Shown here: positions 1 to 14,960 of the stretch, one piece after another
Layout: each line of letters starts with the position of its first letter
Position numbering within the stretch: position 1 is the first letter of the stretch
NCBI GenBank assembly: GCA_012295275.1
Contig: CM022665.1
Location: forward strand, 41,974,001 to 42,038,000
From: Chrysomallon squamiferum
Lineage: Eukaryota; Animalia; Mollusca
Direction: 5' to 3'
Length of the DNA: 64,000 nt
Translations under genes and position numbers: made by a program
The notes under the pieces: model-generated
Seen by the model: only the letters and a program-made list of their open reading frames with translations
Database searches by the model: none
What the model was told of the DNA's origin: nothing

Positions 1-711
1 GTTAAACCTTCGTGGTGATGGTTATATTATTGGCTGCGAGTTAATGGGCACGAATTTGATAACATGCTTCCATCTCGAGCTACATGGAGACATACAAGAT
101 CACTAAAACCTTTTTTATAACAGTTCATCACGGAATGCTGGTCCGAGATTGATATACTCAAACAACCAAAGCATATTACAAGCATGTTTCAAACTGTGAA
201 CTAACAGAACGGTAATAGAAATTCTGAATGCTAAAGTAAGACATATAAGCAGACCAAAGTATTAAGCATGAACAAGAATTCAGCAGTATGAATTACACAG
301 AATGAGACAGACAGAAACACAGATTACAGATATACACTCAGAGAGAGATAAAGGGAGAGAGACTCATAAAAGGCAATGCATTCAGAGGTAGCAAAACACA
401 CTTCGTTAGCTTTAATGTCTGAACTGTTAGCAGTTTTGCGTATTTTAATAGACCACGATGCCATGCATCGACTGATGTTATAACTACAGAAGAAGGAATA
501 AAAATCAAACAGCACTAAAATGTAAACAAAATTATACAACTCTGTTAGCCATTAACCTCTGCATCCTATCGCTAGGCATTATTCTTGAAATGGGAAATCA
601 ATTTGTAACGCCCAGAGCCAGGCGAATGTAAGATTGTACTAAATGTTTGTAACGTCTTCAGTTAAATTACGCATTATTATTTTTGTTTGTTGTTTTGTAA
701 ACGAAATTCTT

Positions 712-817
<106 letters not shown>

Positions 818-982
818 GTTTGATACGAACAGTCTATTTTCTGCTTTGTATAAGTGATCGATATTTCTACCACAGCAAAATCAGCAGGGAAGAACAAATA
901 TTTTTGTTTCGCATATTCGCAATCGTAATCGCCAAAAAAAAATAAAATCTCCACAGAAACACAACAAAATACACTGAAAAAA

Positions 983-1057
<75 letters not shown>

Positions 1058-1873
1058 TTTTTTTTTTTTTTTTTTTTTTCCATAGTAATAAAAATATTTT
1101 TAATTATATAATTAACTGACGTTTTGTCCGGGAGCGGTCAAGATTATTCGGAAACCAACTTCGCATTCATGTGTAAAAAAAATAAACTTCGGCTTTGTCG
1201 AATTGGAAGATTTCTATTATAACAAGTTTAACCGCATGAAACGTTTCCTTTAGGTTACCGCATGGTTCTTTGTTATTCTTCGTAAAAATGCACCCTAAAG
1301 GCGAACACTCATCTCTTAAATGTTAAATTATTCTAAAAATTTTTACAGTGTATTTAAATTCAGGCTCAATTTGCATTTTCCCTTAAGAAAAATCTGTTTG
1401 TATGTTTCATATTAGTACTGGTGGAATCAGATCTACTGAGACTGCAGTTCCAAACGACTTCATCATATGATTTTCCTTCAAGTCATATTCCGTCTTTGTT
1501 GTTGTTTTTCTTCTTCTTATTATTATTATTATTTTTCTTCTTCTTCTTCTTCTTTTTCTTCTTGTTCTTCTTATTATTATTATCATCATATCATTATTAT
1601 TATTATTATTATTATTATTTTATCTCTTTTTTTTTATACGGAAATATCCGAAATGATACGATCGATTTACGTTACTTATAGATCAGACGTCTTTATTGCA
1701 GAGTCAGAACGACATACGCACAAATCATGTCCAAAATAACGACGGTCTCTTTTACGAGTAGGCTAACGTAAATCAATCGTAACCTTTCGGTTATTTTCGT
1801 CAAACCCCCCACCACCACCACCACCACCAAGAATCAACAATCCGGTACGACGACTTGAAGCGAAATTGCGCGG

Positions 1874-1881
1874 TGACGTCA
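1874..1881. promoter_or_regulatory. Full CRE palindrome TGACGTCA
   Basis: Exact CREB/ATF consensus inside a CpG-rich, repeat-free block (~1730-2290). Confidence 0.3.
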
Positions 1882-3107
1882 TATGATCAATTTAGACGCG
1901 TGTGTCTCTTGTATTTTGTAAGAAGAAATCGTCTGTCTGAAACAACGACGTCTGATGGCGTCGTACGTTACAGATTACGTCGATCGTACGTTCCTGTAGC
2001 TGGCTTCTTACTCCAGAAAGGTTAAGTCGCAGACTTTGGGGCATTTTGTTGACGATTACAAGTAATAGAGCGGGGGCTTGCAGCTATTTGCGGCGTTCGA
2101 AAGCACACTTGTACGAAATCTTTAAACGGCTCGGAGGCACGAACTCCGGACATCCCAGACGTCGTATTTGATCTGGATGAAAACCTGGAGGTTATGATGA
2201 CGAAGAGCTTTTAATGTCCGTAATGCGCCACAGAACAAAAAATATTTTGGTTTAAGTCTCCAGTTGAAGGCGCGACTAAAGAAAGCTTACAAACGCTAAA
2301 GAAGGAAAGCAGCAGAAGAAAGTGTATCAGTGTTAGGGAAAATATTAAAAGATGGGAAAGAAAGAAAGAGAGAGAAGCGTAAAATTGAGAGAAGAAAATA
2401 AAGAAAAAGATGAAAAGTGAAAGAAAGAAAAAAAAATAATGTGTGAGTATTTCAAAAGGAAAGGAAAAAAAAATAATGTGGAAAATATAAATGGCGAAGA
2501 AAGAGAAATAGCAAGAATAAAAAGAAAGAGAAATACAATATTTGAAAAAGAGAACGGGGAACAAGACAGAAAGAAGAAAAAAAAATTAAGAAACAGATTA
2601 AAAGTAAAGAAAGGAAAATAAGGTGAAACGAAAATATGGAAAGAAACAAACGAAATGCAAAAAAGATTAGAAAGGAAAAAGAAAAACTGGGATATGAAAA
2701 TTAAATAATAATAATAATAAAAAAAAATAGTAAAACGAAAGAAGATGTATGCCTCAGTGGTTAGACAGTGTAGTCTAAGAAGCCGTATAAAATTATAGCA
2801 AATTATTTTTTATTTTTTGTTGACTTAAAAAAAATTGTTCCAGTTACCGTCGAAATACGAGATAATTATCAAGTACATTATTTAGAATGCAAAATTCTTA
2901 TTTATTTATTTATTATTATTATATATATTTTTTTTTATTATTGTTTTATTTATTTATTTTATTTATTTATTCATTATTTTATTTATTAATTTATTTCTGT
3001 ATTTATTATTTTATTTTATTTTTTTTTTTCCATTCAGCTATCATATTACAACATTATATTTAAATTACATCTTTTTTCTGTCTTCTTTTATTTCGTTCAT
3101 TAAATCA

Positions 3108-3160
<53 letters not shown>

Positions 3161-3633
3161 ATTCAATCAATATTAAAAACATCAAAGTTTTATCGTTTCC
3201 TTTATTTGACTTTCTTTGATTCTTTCTTTCAGTCTCTTTGATCTATTTCGGAAGTTTAATGTTTTCTTTCTTTCTTTCCTTCCTTCTTTCTTTCTTTCTT
3301 TCTTTCTGTCTTTGACATGCATAGCGATACGAAAGCATACATATAAGCTTTAATTTTTAATTAAATGAATATTCAGGGCGCTGCAAAATTAAAATATTAT
3401 AATTATAACAAACAAACAAACAAACAAACACTCAAATAAATAGATAAATAAACAAATAAACAAATAAATAAATAAATAAATATTCTGTTTAACTTGAATC
3501 AGAATTCCGATCAAAGTATGTTGAAATAATTGCAATTCGCGGATACAGGATGTGTGGTTTTGACTGGTTAAGGAAACAACACCATTTTCTCTACTATTTT
3601 CAATAATTTAATGCTTTTTTTTTTTTCTTTCTT

Positions 3634-3698
<65 letters not shown>

Positions 3699-3866
3699 AA
3701 AGAAAGAAAGAAAGAAAAACAAAAAAGAAAAATAACTAAATAAATTTCACTTTGAAAGTTTCACCCACAACAATTAAACGCCATCATCCCTTTTCTGAGA
3801 TAATGGACCCGTCTCTGAACTCTGCACGCGAAAATTGGTTCAGCCATTGTTTTGTTTTTAATCATT

Positions 3867-3900
<34 letters not shown>

Positions 3901-4539
3901 CACTCAGATGTTGTTTTGATGTTATTTACCTTTGATGGATATTTATCTTTTATCATTAGAGCAAATGAAAAAGAAAGAAAAAAAAAGAAAATTAGTAAGA
4001 TGAAAGCTGATCTAACTGGAAGCAATCACAATGGCTAGAGGTTAAATTCGTTTTGCTTTAATTGGTCTTTGTTGGTTAAAAAAAAAAGAAGAAGACGCTA
4101 ACATAACAGAAGAAAATGAAAGAGAAAGGAAACAGAAAGGAGATAAATATACAAAAAAAAAAAAAAAAAAAATATATGTATATATATTTTTAAATATATT
4201 TTTAAAAACCAACCAAACAAAAAAAACAAAAACAGACATTGTTGTAAAATAATAATGACATTGACAACTAGTACAGTTACAAGAACAACAGCAACGATAA
4301 TAATGATAATAATACTTTTGTTCAAGAATTTATTGTTGTTGTTGTTGTTGTTATTATTATTATTGTTGTTGTTGTTGTTGTTGTTGTTGCTGTTTTTGTT
4401 ATTTTAATCTTGCTTTTCATAAAAAGTTATTATCTTCAGTCAACAAAGAAAAAAACCCAGATACCTATTAATTATATCCCTGTATGCAGTCCAATTTTAC
4501 ATTCACCGTGCAAACGGTGGTGTCGTACTAAAAACACGC

Positions 4540-4549
4540 GTGACGTCAC
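4540..4549. promoter_or_regulatory. Full CRE palindrome GTGACGTCAC
   Basis: A 10-bp palindrome adjoining CACGCGTG inside a CpG-rich block (~4500-4950). Confidence 0.3.
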
Positions 4550-5075
4550 TGCTCATTTGGTCTGGACCAAAGCCCGCCAAAACGAAAACTGCCGGAAGCT
4601 GTTTAAAGTTAGAAGCTATCGGAGCAGACGACACCACAGAAGTGCACTTCTGAACGCAATATCTTTGTCAAGTCTTAATCAAGTTGTTATCAAGATCGAT
4701 GCGTTATCGCCTTCAGCTGGCCAGCCCAATTTACGTGAGAACAATACTCGCAAGTGTTTATTTTCTAAAAAGACAAAATGTCACATTAATTTTTCTATTA
4801 TGAAAAGTGTTTGCGCAGAGTCACGAAATACCAAAAGTCTACGTGAACGGGCTGTTAGGAAATGTCACGCAGTATGAAGGCAGAATTACGTATTAAACAC
4901 CGCTGTAAAGTGTTTGTTAGTAATTAGCATGGTTCGTGTCTGCGTGTGCGATATTCTATATTTAGTGGTTATTTATCTTGGCACTGACTACAATTTTGTG
5001 AAACGTTATACTATAATGATACAAAATATCAGCACGGTTATGCAATTTACACTATTTATAATGCGCACACAGATG

Positions 5076-5167
5076 TCAGTATAATTATTATACAAATTAA
5101 AATGTTTCTGTAATTTTTTACAAAATTCAGTATAATTATTATACAAATTAAAATGTTTCTGTAATTT
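5076..5167 (+). repeat. Perfect 41-bp tandem duplication (period 51)
   Basis: TCAGTATAATTATTATACAAATTAAAATGTTTCTGTAATTT at 5076-5116 and 5127-5167. Confidence 0.9.
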
Positions 5168-5493
5168 AACGTAGATGTTAATATAATAATTGAAAATATC
5201 ATTAATTTACGTATACTTTTATGATGTTAAAAATATTTCATGGTTTTAACACGATCTAGTTTCTAATTAATCTGTATGTAGGACGTACGAAATAAAAGAC
5301 TACTTTAATTATCTAACCGTATCAAAAGTGTGATGTAGGTATAAAATAACAGACAAATAATTTCATCATGTGGTAATTACAACAACAACACCGGGAACAT
5401 TAATACAACTACAGTTCACCGGTAGTTCTACTACGGCCACTATCATCATCTTCACTACTCTAATAATACTAATACACTTTTCTTTTTCCTTCA

Positions 5494-5528
<35 letters not shown>

Positions 5529-5595
5529 TCTCTCTCGTGCTTTTGTGTATGTTTTACAGCACAGTCTATTTTCTGCCTTGAATAAATGATCGGTT

Positions 5596-5642
<47 letters not shown>

Positions 5643-6068
5643 CGATGCACAAAACGAAAAAGGAAAGTAAATCAAAATAAAACATGAAACCACAAAACTA
5701 TTACACAAACAGAATTCAAACAAACACAAACTTCAAGCGTATTACGAACATCAGTAACTCGAGTTCAACGACACCGCTGATGCTATTACTGACACCCACC
5801 CACACACCCGCACACAAATCCAAATCTAACTGCAGCACAGTGACAAGCGTAATATAATCGGATGATCCATGTAAACATATTCTCGACAGGCCAACGTCAA
5901 TTAAAACGTATAATTCGATCAGCAGAAAAACTGGAATGCATGATGACGTTAGTAGAACAAGCAAATTAGGCACCAATGTGTTTGTCCTTTTGAACAGCAA
6001 CATGGTGGTGATTACCAGGGTTTATAATTCAGATTTACTTGCTACTGTAAGAATGAAATGAAAGTAGT

Positions 6069-6280
6069 TCAAAGAAATGGGGTCGTTCTTGTATAGAATT
6101 CCTCAAAACAATGGCTTTTGTTCTTATATAGAATTAGTCAAAGAATGGCTTTTGTTCTTTTCTATAATTAGTCAAAGAATGGCTTTTGTTCTTTTATAGA
6201 ATTCGTCAAAGAATGTTTTGTGTATTTTGTTCTTTTCTGAAATTTTTGAAAGACATGCACTTATCCTTTTATAGAACTGC
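6069..6280 (+). repeat. Degenerate minisatellite, ~34-bp unit TCAAAGAATGGCTTTTGTTCTTTTATAGAATTAG
   Basis: Three well-conserved central copies (~6103-6206) with decaying copies on both sides. Confidence 0.85.
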
Positions 6281-7210
6281 CTGTGTTGTTTTTGTAAAAT
6301 TATTCTAAGAAACGGGGATGTTCATTTAAAAAAAATGTTGAAAGAAGAACTAACGCTTTCATCTTGTACTACAAAGGCTTTGTGATAGACTGTCTATAGT
6401 ATATAGTGAATTTTCACAAGTTCGCATCGATGATAGAGGTCCGAGTAGGAATAGTAAAATTATTCAATGAAGAACATTTATAATATACAGATAAGTACAT
6501 ACATACTAAAAACATATATACATATATAGATAGATACATACATACATATAGATACATTGTTAGTCACAACGAAGAAAGACAATTCTGAAAATGTAAATGA
6601 CATTACAAAATAATTTCAAATATTTGTGGGATTTTAGCCAAACTGGTGTTTCAATGGTCTATTGACAAACATCTATGAGGATGCTGCGCTAGATGTTTTC
6701 ACCATACTGACAAACGCAGATGCCGTTGTTTGTCATTCACCGTTGTAAAGAGGTCGTTAACTCAAAGCGTTCATCAGAAACGACATTAACGAAAATGTCG
6801 GTCAACGTTGATTGGCTGATTCTTTACAGCAGATGCTCCAATGAGAAACAGAATTAAATTTACCTCGAGACATTGATCGGTGACGTAAATACCGGCCGAT
6901 TGTAACATTTTTGCATAAGCAAATTCTATAATTTACAGACGACTGTCAAAAAACGACAACTTTAGCCACTAGAAATTCTGAAATATTAGAAATTTGCAAA
7001 TGGACAATATATCTAACGTGAGCTGAAGATGTCTCATTTCCATTGGCTATTGTCGTTATGTATGACCCAAGTCAGTGAGTCAATGGTTTTGATTGGATGA
7101 TATATTTAGTTGGGGATTTCTAATTATTGGATTTTTCGACAGATGTCGTTACAAGTGTGCTGAAAATGGTTTGTCTAGAAATTATATCGATGCATCTGAA
7201 ATTAAAAAAG

Positions 7211-7317
<107 letters not shown>

Positions 7318-9190
7318 ATGGTGAAGTTAGATTTTTTACGTTTGTATCAATAAAAAAAAACATATATATGTAATCACGTATATAGCTAAAAGATAGAGAA
7401 ACAGACTGACTGACAAACAGACAGACAGAAACCTATATTGTGTCTGTATTTGTGAACATATACGTGTGTATGTGTAATCCTGCATGCATGTTTGCATGTA
7501 TGTTTTTACCGATGTGTGGATTATGTATGTATGTATATAAGTATGTATGTATGTATGTATGTATGTATGTATGTATGTATGTATGTATGTATGCATCTTT
7601 GGATGTATTGTTTGTGTGCATACATGTGTGTATATATGTATGTAATTGTACGTATATAAAATATAAATAAAATTTTGAAAATATTTATGTAGACAAAAAA
7701 TACATTACTGATAACAGCAATACAAAATAGAACTTTCAGAATTCTAATCGAAGATAGATTTCATAGAGAATCTACTCTGTATTTCTTAAAGAACTCAAAA
7801 ATCACAGAATCCCCAAAACGTAAGAACCCAATTAACAAGACAGAATGATGCCTGACAGACAGAAACTAGCACTTCTTCCCAAGAAGCTCTCTTCAGATCG
7901 TTCTGAGAAAACTCAGACACTCTTATGCTTTTTAACAACAAAAATTAGCACGTCTTCAAATGAAAGGATTGGCCCTTGTTGAGGAATCCCGATCTGAACA
8001 GGAACCCATATAAAAAAATGTTCAGTGCCTGTGTGTATATAAAATATTCTCGACAGCAGTGTCTAAGATGATCGCCTGAACGACTGTGGATAATTGAACG
8101 ATCTAGTGTTAACAGCTTTCAGCGGTCTAATGAACAAAACGGAGAACCTGGAGGATGTTGGAAGACTTCTGTGGACTGTCTCAAACATTCAGCAACTGAG
8201 TCTGTGGATACTGGAGCATTATTTTTGCAATTAAATAATTCTGTATGTTTAATATATGCAGAGATTAGGTAGTTACTTATGTGTGTATGTATACGTGTGT
8301 CTGTGTGTGAACGTGTGTGTTCGTGGATGTTTTTGTGAGGGTATTTTAGTGATTTTTTTGTCCGTGTGTGTGTTATGCGTGTGTACGCATGTACGATTGT
8401 ATGTACGTATCGTCTGTCATTTATTCCTGTCTGAATAAAAAAAATGGACGCTTGTTACAAAGCGCTCAACAGCATTTATGTGTGCTTTCCCATTCCAACA
8501 ATCAAAGAAAGAACAAATTATCATCATTATCATCATCACTATCATTATCATAATAACTGCTTTCTTCTGGTAAAGCTTATAGCTTTACAGAAATTACATG
8601 TCACTCTAACTTGCTTTGGCTTAGACAAACAAGAAGAATATTTCCAGAAAACTAATCTTTAAGATGTTGACGCCGCGAATGTCTACAGAACGCTGACGAC
8701 CTTGGGATAAGCAGCATCGTCTGCACACTTTATTACAGTTTTGATATACGACGACGTCAAACATTTCAAGTACTCTGCTCAGACTGTGGTCGTCGTGAAA
8801 CTGTGTGCACAGAACTCATCATTGACAGGTAGGGGGAGACAAAACAACAACAGTGGCTGGAAGAAGAAAATAAAGAAGAAAAACAGGGAAGAAAAAAGAA
8901 GAGAAGATAGAACTAAATTAGAAGATAAAAAAAATAGAAGAAAAGAAAATGAAAAAGCTGTAAGAAATAAAAGAATAAGAAAAGCTAGAAATAAAAATGA
9001 AAAGTTAGAAGAATTAAAAAAAAAAGAGAAACTAGAAGAAATAAGAAAAGCTGGTAGCAAAAACCCCAAAACAACAACAACAAATAAAACAGCTAGAAGA
9101 TAAAAAAAAGAAGAAGAAATACTAGAAGAAACAAAATAAGAAGACATAGAAGTAAAAAAAAGATGAAGAAAAGCTAGAAACAACATCCCG

Positions 9191-9223
<33 letters not shown>

Positions 9224-9944
9224 ATTTTGAAAACTTACTTGTATATAAGAACAAAGACATAAACAACATAATAAAGAGACGTAACGTATATCAAGTGTCT
9301 GTATTATATATATGGAAGCAACGCCGAAGAATCGATCACAACAGCAAAACAATTTAGCTGAATATCTTATTCTAAAAACTGTTTTACACTTCATCTGTAT
9401 ATAAGACCTCAAACAAAAATACAATAATAAGACATTTGAAAAAGTAAATACATAAAAATATAAAAATTAAGAGCTTATTAGCTGAATTATTATTACTGTT
9501 ATTATCACTATTGTTATTGTTATTATTATTGTTGTTATTATTATTATGTTTATTATTATTATTGTTGTTGTTGTTACTGTTATTATTATTATTTATTTAT
9601 TTACTTTAATTAAGTATTCGTTAGCTTTTTTACTTCATTTCTTCTTATGTTTCTATTTCTGTTGTTATTTATTATAACATATATTTGCACATTTTTTTTT
9701 TTGGTTTGCTGTTGTCTCTCTCCGTTTAATTTGATAAAAACTTCGTTCTCTTTTTCTTAATTGTTGTTGTTACAACTACAACTACTGCCATTATTACTGT
9801 TACAGTTAGTATTATTACTTGTTTTATCATCATCATCATAATCGTCATCATCATTAGCATTATTTATTTACTTACTTACTTACTTAGTTACGTCCTAACT
9901 TTTCTTTTCATTTCTTACATTCTTTTCTAACATTTTAGCTAATA

Positions 9945-10714
9945 CAGCGGCACACTGACTTACGAGTGCCCAACTTACGAGTTCTTCGAGTTACGAGCAT
10001 ACGAATGGTCGATATCTTTTGGTTTGAGTTGTGAATCAAATTCCGAGTTACGAGCGAGCTTCAGATACGCCGCCGCTAGTTGGCGCAACGAACAACACAA
10101 CATCCGGCCAGCATCCCGCGTCTCACTCGTTTACTTCACGTGGTTACCTCGCCGCGGAAGCATCTCTTTTGTGTTATTTTCGCGTTTTGTGCAGTATTTT
10201 ACCAAATTTATTTTTTCTGGCCATGGATCCTAAGAAAGTGAGTACAAAGGACAGTGCTGAGAAGAAGAATCGGATGATGTCCATTGAATTAAAGCATGAA
10301 ATCATAGAAAAACATGAGTGAGGTGTGCATGTAGTCGATTTGGCTAGACAGTACGAGCGTACTACTTTACGATATGTACCATACTGAAGAAGAAAGAGTC
10401 GATAAAGGCTGTATCTCCAGCCAAAGGCGTTAAAATAATTTGTCTGATCTCCAAGATAAATACACCTTACAAAACCAATTTATTTCTTTACATTCTCTTT
10501 TATTTTGTTTTTTTATACAATATTTGTCATTTATAAACACATTTTTCTTATTTAAAAACACGTTACAAAAAAATGGAGGGGTCTTTTGGGGGCTGGAACG
10601 GATTAATGGTATTTCAATTAATTTCATTTGGGAAAATTGATGTGATATACGAGCAGATTTTAGTTACGAGCTCGGTCACGGAACGAATTAAACTCGTAAG
10701 TCAAGGCATCACTG
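9945..10714 (+). mobile_element. Non-autonomous (internally deleted) Tigger/pogo-like Tc1-mariner superfamily DNA transposon, 770 bp
   Basis: TA at 9943-9944 and 10715-10716 (TSD). The left end CAGCGGCACACTGACTTACGAGT matches the reverse complement of the right end, CAGTGATGCCTTGACTTACGAGT, as imperfect ~23-bp TIRs starting CAG. Subterminal TTACGAG motifs repeat at both ends, and there is an internal transposase remnant. Confidence 0.9.
10223..10440 (+). pseudogene. Truncated, disrupted Tigger transposase (CENP-B-type/HTH-psq N-terminal DNA-binding domain only)
   Basis: MDPKKVSTKDSAEKKNRMMSIELKHEIIEKHE*GVHVVDLARQYERTT-[1-nt frameshift near 10367]-TICTILKKKESIKAVSPAKGVKII. This fits the Tigger/TIGD HTH-psq pattern (IELKxEII...G...xLARxY...STIxTILK). 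There is an in-frame TGA at 10319-10321, and the DDE domain is absent. Confidence 0.88.
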
Positions 10715-11844
10715 TATAATGAAAAATAAAATAAAAACTATAAAATTATTCTGTGAGAACATTAATGGATGACACTGGCTTGGTCAATCGATTAATGACA
10801 TTTAACAAAACTGCATTAGTGAAGAAAAAAAGAAAAGTAAAAAAGGAGAAGAAGAATAATCTTTCATTCATGGCGATTCTTCCAAAATAATTACAACATA
10901 AAAACAAAAAGAAATACTTTTATGTAAAAAGAAAAAAAAAAAAAAAAAAGAGAAAAGAAAAAAGAAATAAAGAAAGAAAAGACAAAATGAAATAAATTAC
11001 AAATGATGCTAAAGAAAGACCGAAAATTCAGGCATTTGTCGGATCTTAATCGGTATATGTTCTTGTATGTGGATGCATGCGAGCTTGCGTGCGTGCGTGC
11101 GTGCGTATGCGTATGTTTTAAAAAATAATAATAAAGAAAACCAAGAAGCAAGATAAAAAGAAAAGGAGAATCAAGCAGCAGCACAGTTTTAAAAATAGAG
11201 TGTAGAAAAGTAACAAATATGGAAAGAAGAAAAAAATAATAATAAATAAAGAAAATAAAGAAATAAATAAATAAAAAACTGAAAATCGAAAAATGAAACC
11301 GTAAAAGGTCAGAAAGAGAAAATTACACGCTTAAAATAAAATGAAGAAAAAATATTGAAGAAAAGAAAAACTAAAAAGCCAGAAAAAAAATAAATATATA
11401 TATGTGAAAAGAAAACACTGAATGAAAGAAAGAATGGATCAATGAAGGAAAACAAATTAATCAGACACGTTTTAATTTTTTTAATGTTTCTTTTTTTTTT
11501 TTCATGATGTATTAATTTCAACAAATACGCCCACTTTCCTGCTCGTAAACATATCAGTATTGGCCCTTGTTGGCTCTCCGTACTTTGTTTCTTAAACGTA
11601 GTAGTAAAACAAACGCTATTGCCACAAAGTCTCTGCACGCTGGAACGAGATCTGTGTAGATTAAAACTAATATTTTCTTACACAAGAGTTCAGATGTGTT
11701 TTTGTTATGTTTGAAAATAATCTCGAGTGTTGTGTTATTTGATTCAGAGTTTCTGGCGCCCCAGGGTTTCCAATAAGCAGTTCTCCAAGTAATGATTAGT
11801 TTGTTTTGAACAGGTCTTTATGGTTCACGTATGTTTAATGACAC

Positions 11845-11943
<99 letters not shown>

Positions 11944-12183
11944 CTGTGTCGCACCATTCATAAACACAATAATAAAACACAACACAAATAAGACAAATAG
12001 CAGCAACAATAATAACAGTAATAAGAAAAATAAAATCATTAACAATGTAATAATAATAACAATGACGATGTTAATGATTATGAAAATAACGATGATGGTT
12101 GTAGTGATTACGACCATGATAACGATAATAATGATGATGATGATAATAGTAATAATAAAAAAAAAATAACAAACAACAATAAT

Positions 12184-12228
<45 letters not shown>

Positions 12229-12705
12229 AATAATAACCGATAGATTACTTTTGACAGGCAAAATGTATAAAACAAATATTGACATAATTCATCGATAATA
12301 CTTTGAAACTGAACAAACTCCCTGGGTAATTTCTTTATTAAACTGTGTGAACAACAGAACTGACAGCCCCTCGCTAAACAAACAAGAATGTGTTAATTAA
12401 TGTAAATATATCAATTTACGCTGCTCGTGGTTAGTTTAGAAATGTCAGTGTTGTATTTTATTAATTCGAGAAACTGCCAGTTATATAGCTGACACGACGT
12501 TTTTCTGAGTATAATAGTTTCGTTATATGAAACCAAAATCTGACATTTTAGTTTTTGTTTTTGATGAAAAACAGATAACCAAATAAATACCACGGACCCA
12601 CCCCTCTGTCAGTGTTAAAAGAAAATTAAGGTTTGATTATTAACTGGAGAGACAGAGTGAGGAGAAAGAGATATATACAGGGAGACAGTCAGATATATCT
12701 ATCTA

Positions 12706-12832
<127 letters not shown>

Positions 12833-12885
12833 ACTGGAAAGATAATCACAAACAACACACATAAACACACCCACACACACACACA

Positions 12886-12917
<32 letters not shown>

Positions 12918-14456
12918 AGCAAAAAATATCTAGAATATCAGAAAATACATTATTCTTCATAAAAAAAAAAAAAAAAAAAAATTAAATTTATAAAAAAAAA
13001 AAAAAAAAAAAATTTAACCCTTGACAGAAAATCTAGGTCGACAGTAATAACTGCTGATTCCAAATCAAGAAGTCAACATCACTGGCATGAAGCTCCAATA
13101 AAATGTTAATCAACTGAAGTGTTTGGTTTTTTACTTCTTTTTTTTTTTCGCTTCTTCTTTTTCTCTCTCGGAGTCAATATTACCAGGAATAAAATATTTG
13201 TTTAAGAAGAGACATGTTGGAAAAAGTTAAACAATTCAGAGTCGCGATTTTACTCTGCTGCAGATTAAATAAATAAAATATTGCTAAAATAGAAAAAAAA
13301 AAAAAAATAAAAATAAAAAAAATAAAAATAAGAGAAACAGATTGACAGACAGATAGAGAAAAAGAGAGAAACACGTACAGGCTGAAAGATAGACGAATAA
13401 ACAGATTTACTGATAGAGAGAAACATATATAAATTTATGTTCGTGCATATGTGTGTATAGTTTTATGTGTGTGTGTATATATGTATGTATGTATGTATTT
13501 ATGTTGTTATATATGTACATATCTACTTAAGTATCAGTCTATCTCTCTCTACCTATCTGTCTATCTCTTTATATATCATATATATTTATTAATCTGTTTA
13601 TCTATATATGTACATATGTGTGTATATATGTATGTATGTATGTATGTATATACGACGATGATAATGATAATGATGATGATGATGTAGTGGTGATTACAAC
13701 GACGATAATGATGATAATGATAATAATAATGATAATAATAATAACAATAATAATGTTGTTGTTGCAGTAGTAGTACGTAGGTACGTATGTATGTATATAT
13801 GTATCTATGATTATATGTATGTATGTATGTATATGTGTGTGTATATATATATATATATTTGTGTGTGTGTGTATTCAAGTACAACAATCTGAATTTTAGA
13901 AAGTCACATCAAGACACTGTTTCCTACAAACTTTGAATCAAATAGATATGAACTGAATTAGAACAGATAAACATCGTGCAGTGAATTGTTCTTTTACTGC
14001 TGTTGTGACCGCTATTAACAGCTTGTCTTTCGTTTGAAGTATTTTCATGTCCAAGTGAATTGCAGTCCGTAAAGTTTTATTTCACTAACTAGGGAATAAC
14101 TTCACCGGCGAAATGGCGTATCTTTTAGTTCTGCTTATACAAATTTCTCGAGGGGCGCTACATTACCGTCCTTATGGTAATGTACGCTCATTACTTATTT
14201 ACCATAGTCGTTGTTCCTGTCTTTTTGATATCCCTCGTGTTCCGATAAATAAGTAATTCCAATACTCAGTGTTGTCTGAGTACATTTTCTCAGTGTTAAA
14301 GATAGTGGAAAGGATTTCGAAGAGATGGGTTTGAGAAGAGACGCAAAATTATCAGATTAACACAGATACAGACAGATGAATGTACAAGCCATATTCGCAT
14401 GCAAACCCATAGTACAAATATAAATATACATATACACAGATACATACATACATACA

Positions 14457-14490
<34 letters not shown>

Positions 14491-14693
14491 CATATACAAC
14501 ACACACACATATATATAGACACACAAACACACACTTATACATATATACATATAGACACACATGCACGCACATATACACAAGAACATAAACATCCACACAC
14601 AAACAGTCTATCACCAAAAGCTCCAAAAACCTCATAAATAAATAAATAAATAAATCACTTTAAACTGTCTATATAATATACAGGGGAAAAACC

Positions 14694-14960
14694 CATTATG
14701 GAACTTATAACAGAGAATCATAACTTCTCATTTCTTAAAGCATGTTCACTGAAATGGAAAACTATTAAGCATAACAGAATTTAACTAATAGACAAAAGCA
14801 ACTTTTTTAATTTCTTGACGCATGTTCACTGAAATAAGCATTATGGAACTTATAATAGATAAAAAAAATAAAAAAAAAAAAAAACTTCTCATTTCTTGAC
14901 GCACTGAAATGGACCGAAATGGACCCTAAAAAAAAAAAAAAAGCATTAACGGAACTTGCA
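14694..14960 (+). repeat. Degenerate tandem repeat, ~70-100-bp unit (CATTATGGAACTTATAA...ATTTCTTGACGCATGTTCACTGAAAT), ~3.5 copies
   Basis: cattatggaacttataa, aacttctcatttctt and gcatgttcactgaaat recur in the same order. Confidence 0.75.

Noticed and set aside
4410-4877. 155-aa non-repetitive ORF
   Set aside because: TTG start, no recognisable domain, Arg/Ser/Cys-rich composition typical of non-coding DNA, and antisense to the host gene.
7720-8220. Complex-sequence block suspected to be a LINE/retroelement remnant or a hidden exon
   Set aside because: No ORF of 60 aa or more in any frame, and no RT, endonuclease or K2P motif that I can recognise; blastx would be needed.
8741-9186. Lys/Glu/Arg-rich ORF and its hydrophobic antisense ORF
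   Set aside because: A purine-rich low-complexity tract with a degenerate AAAGCTAGAAG repeat; not a credible protein.
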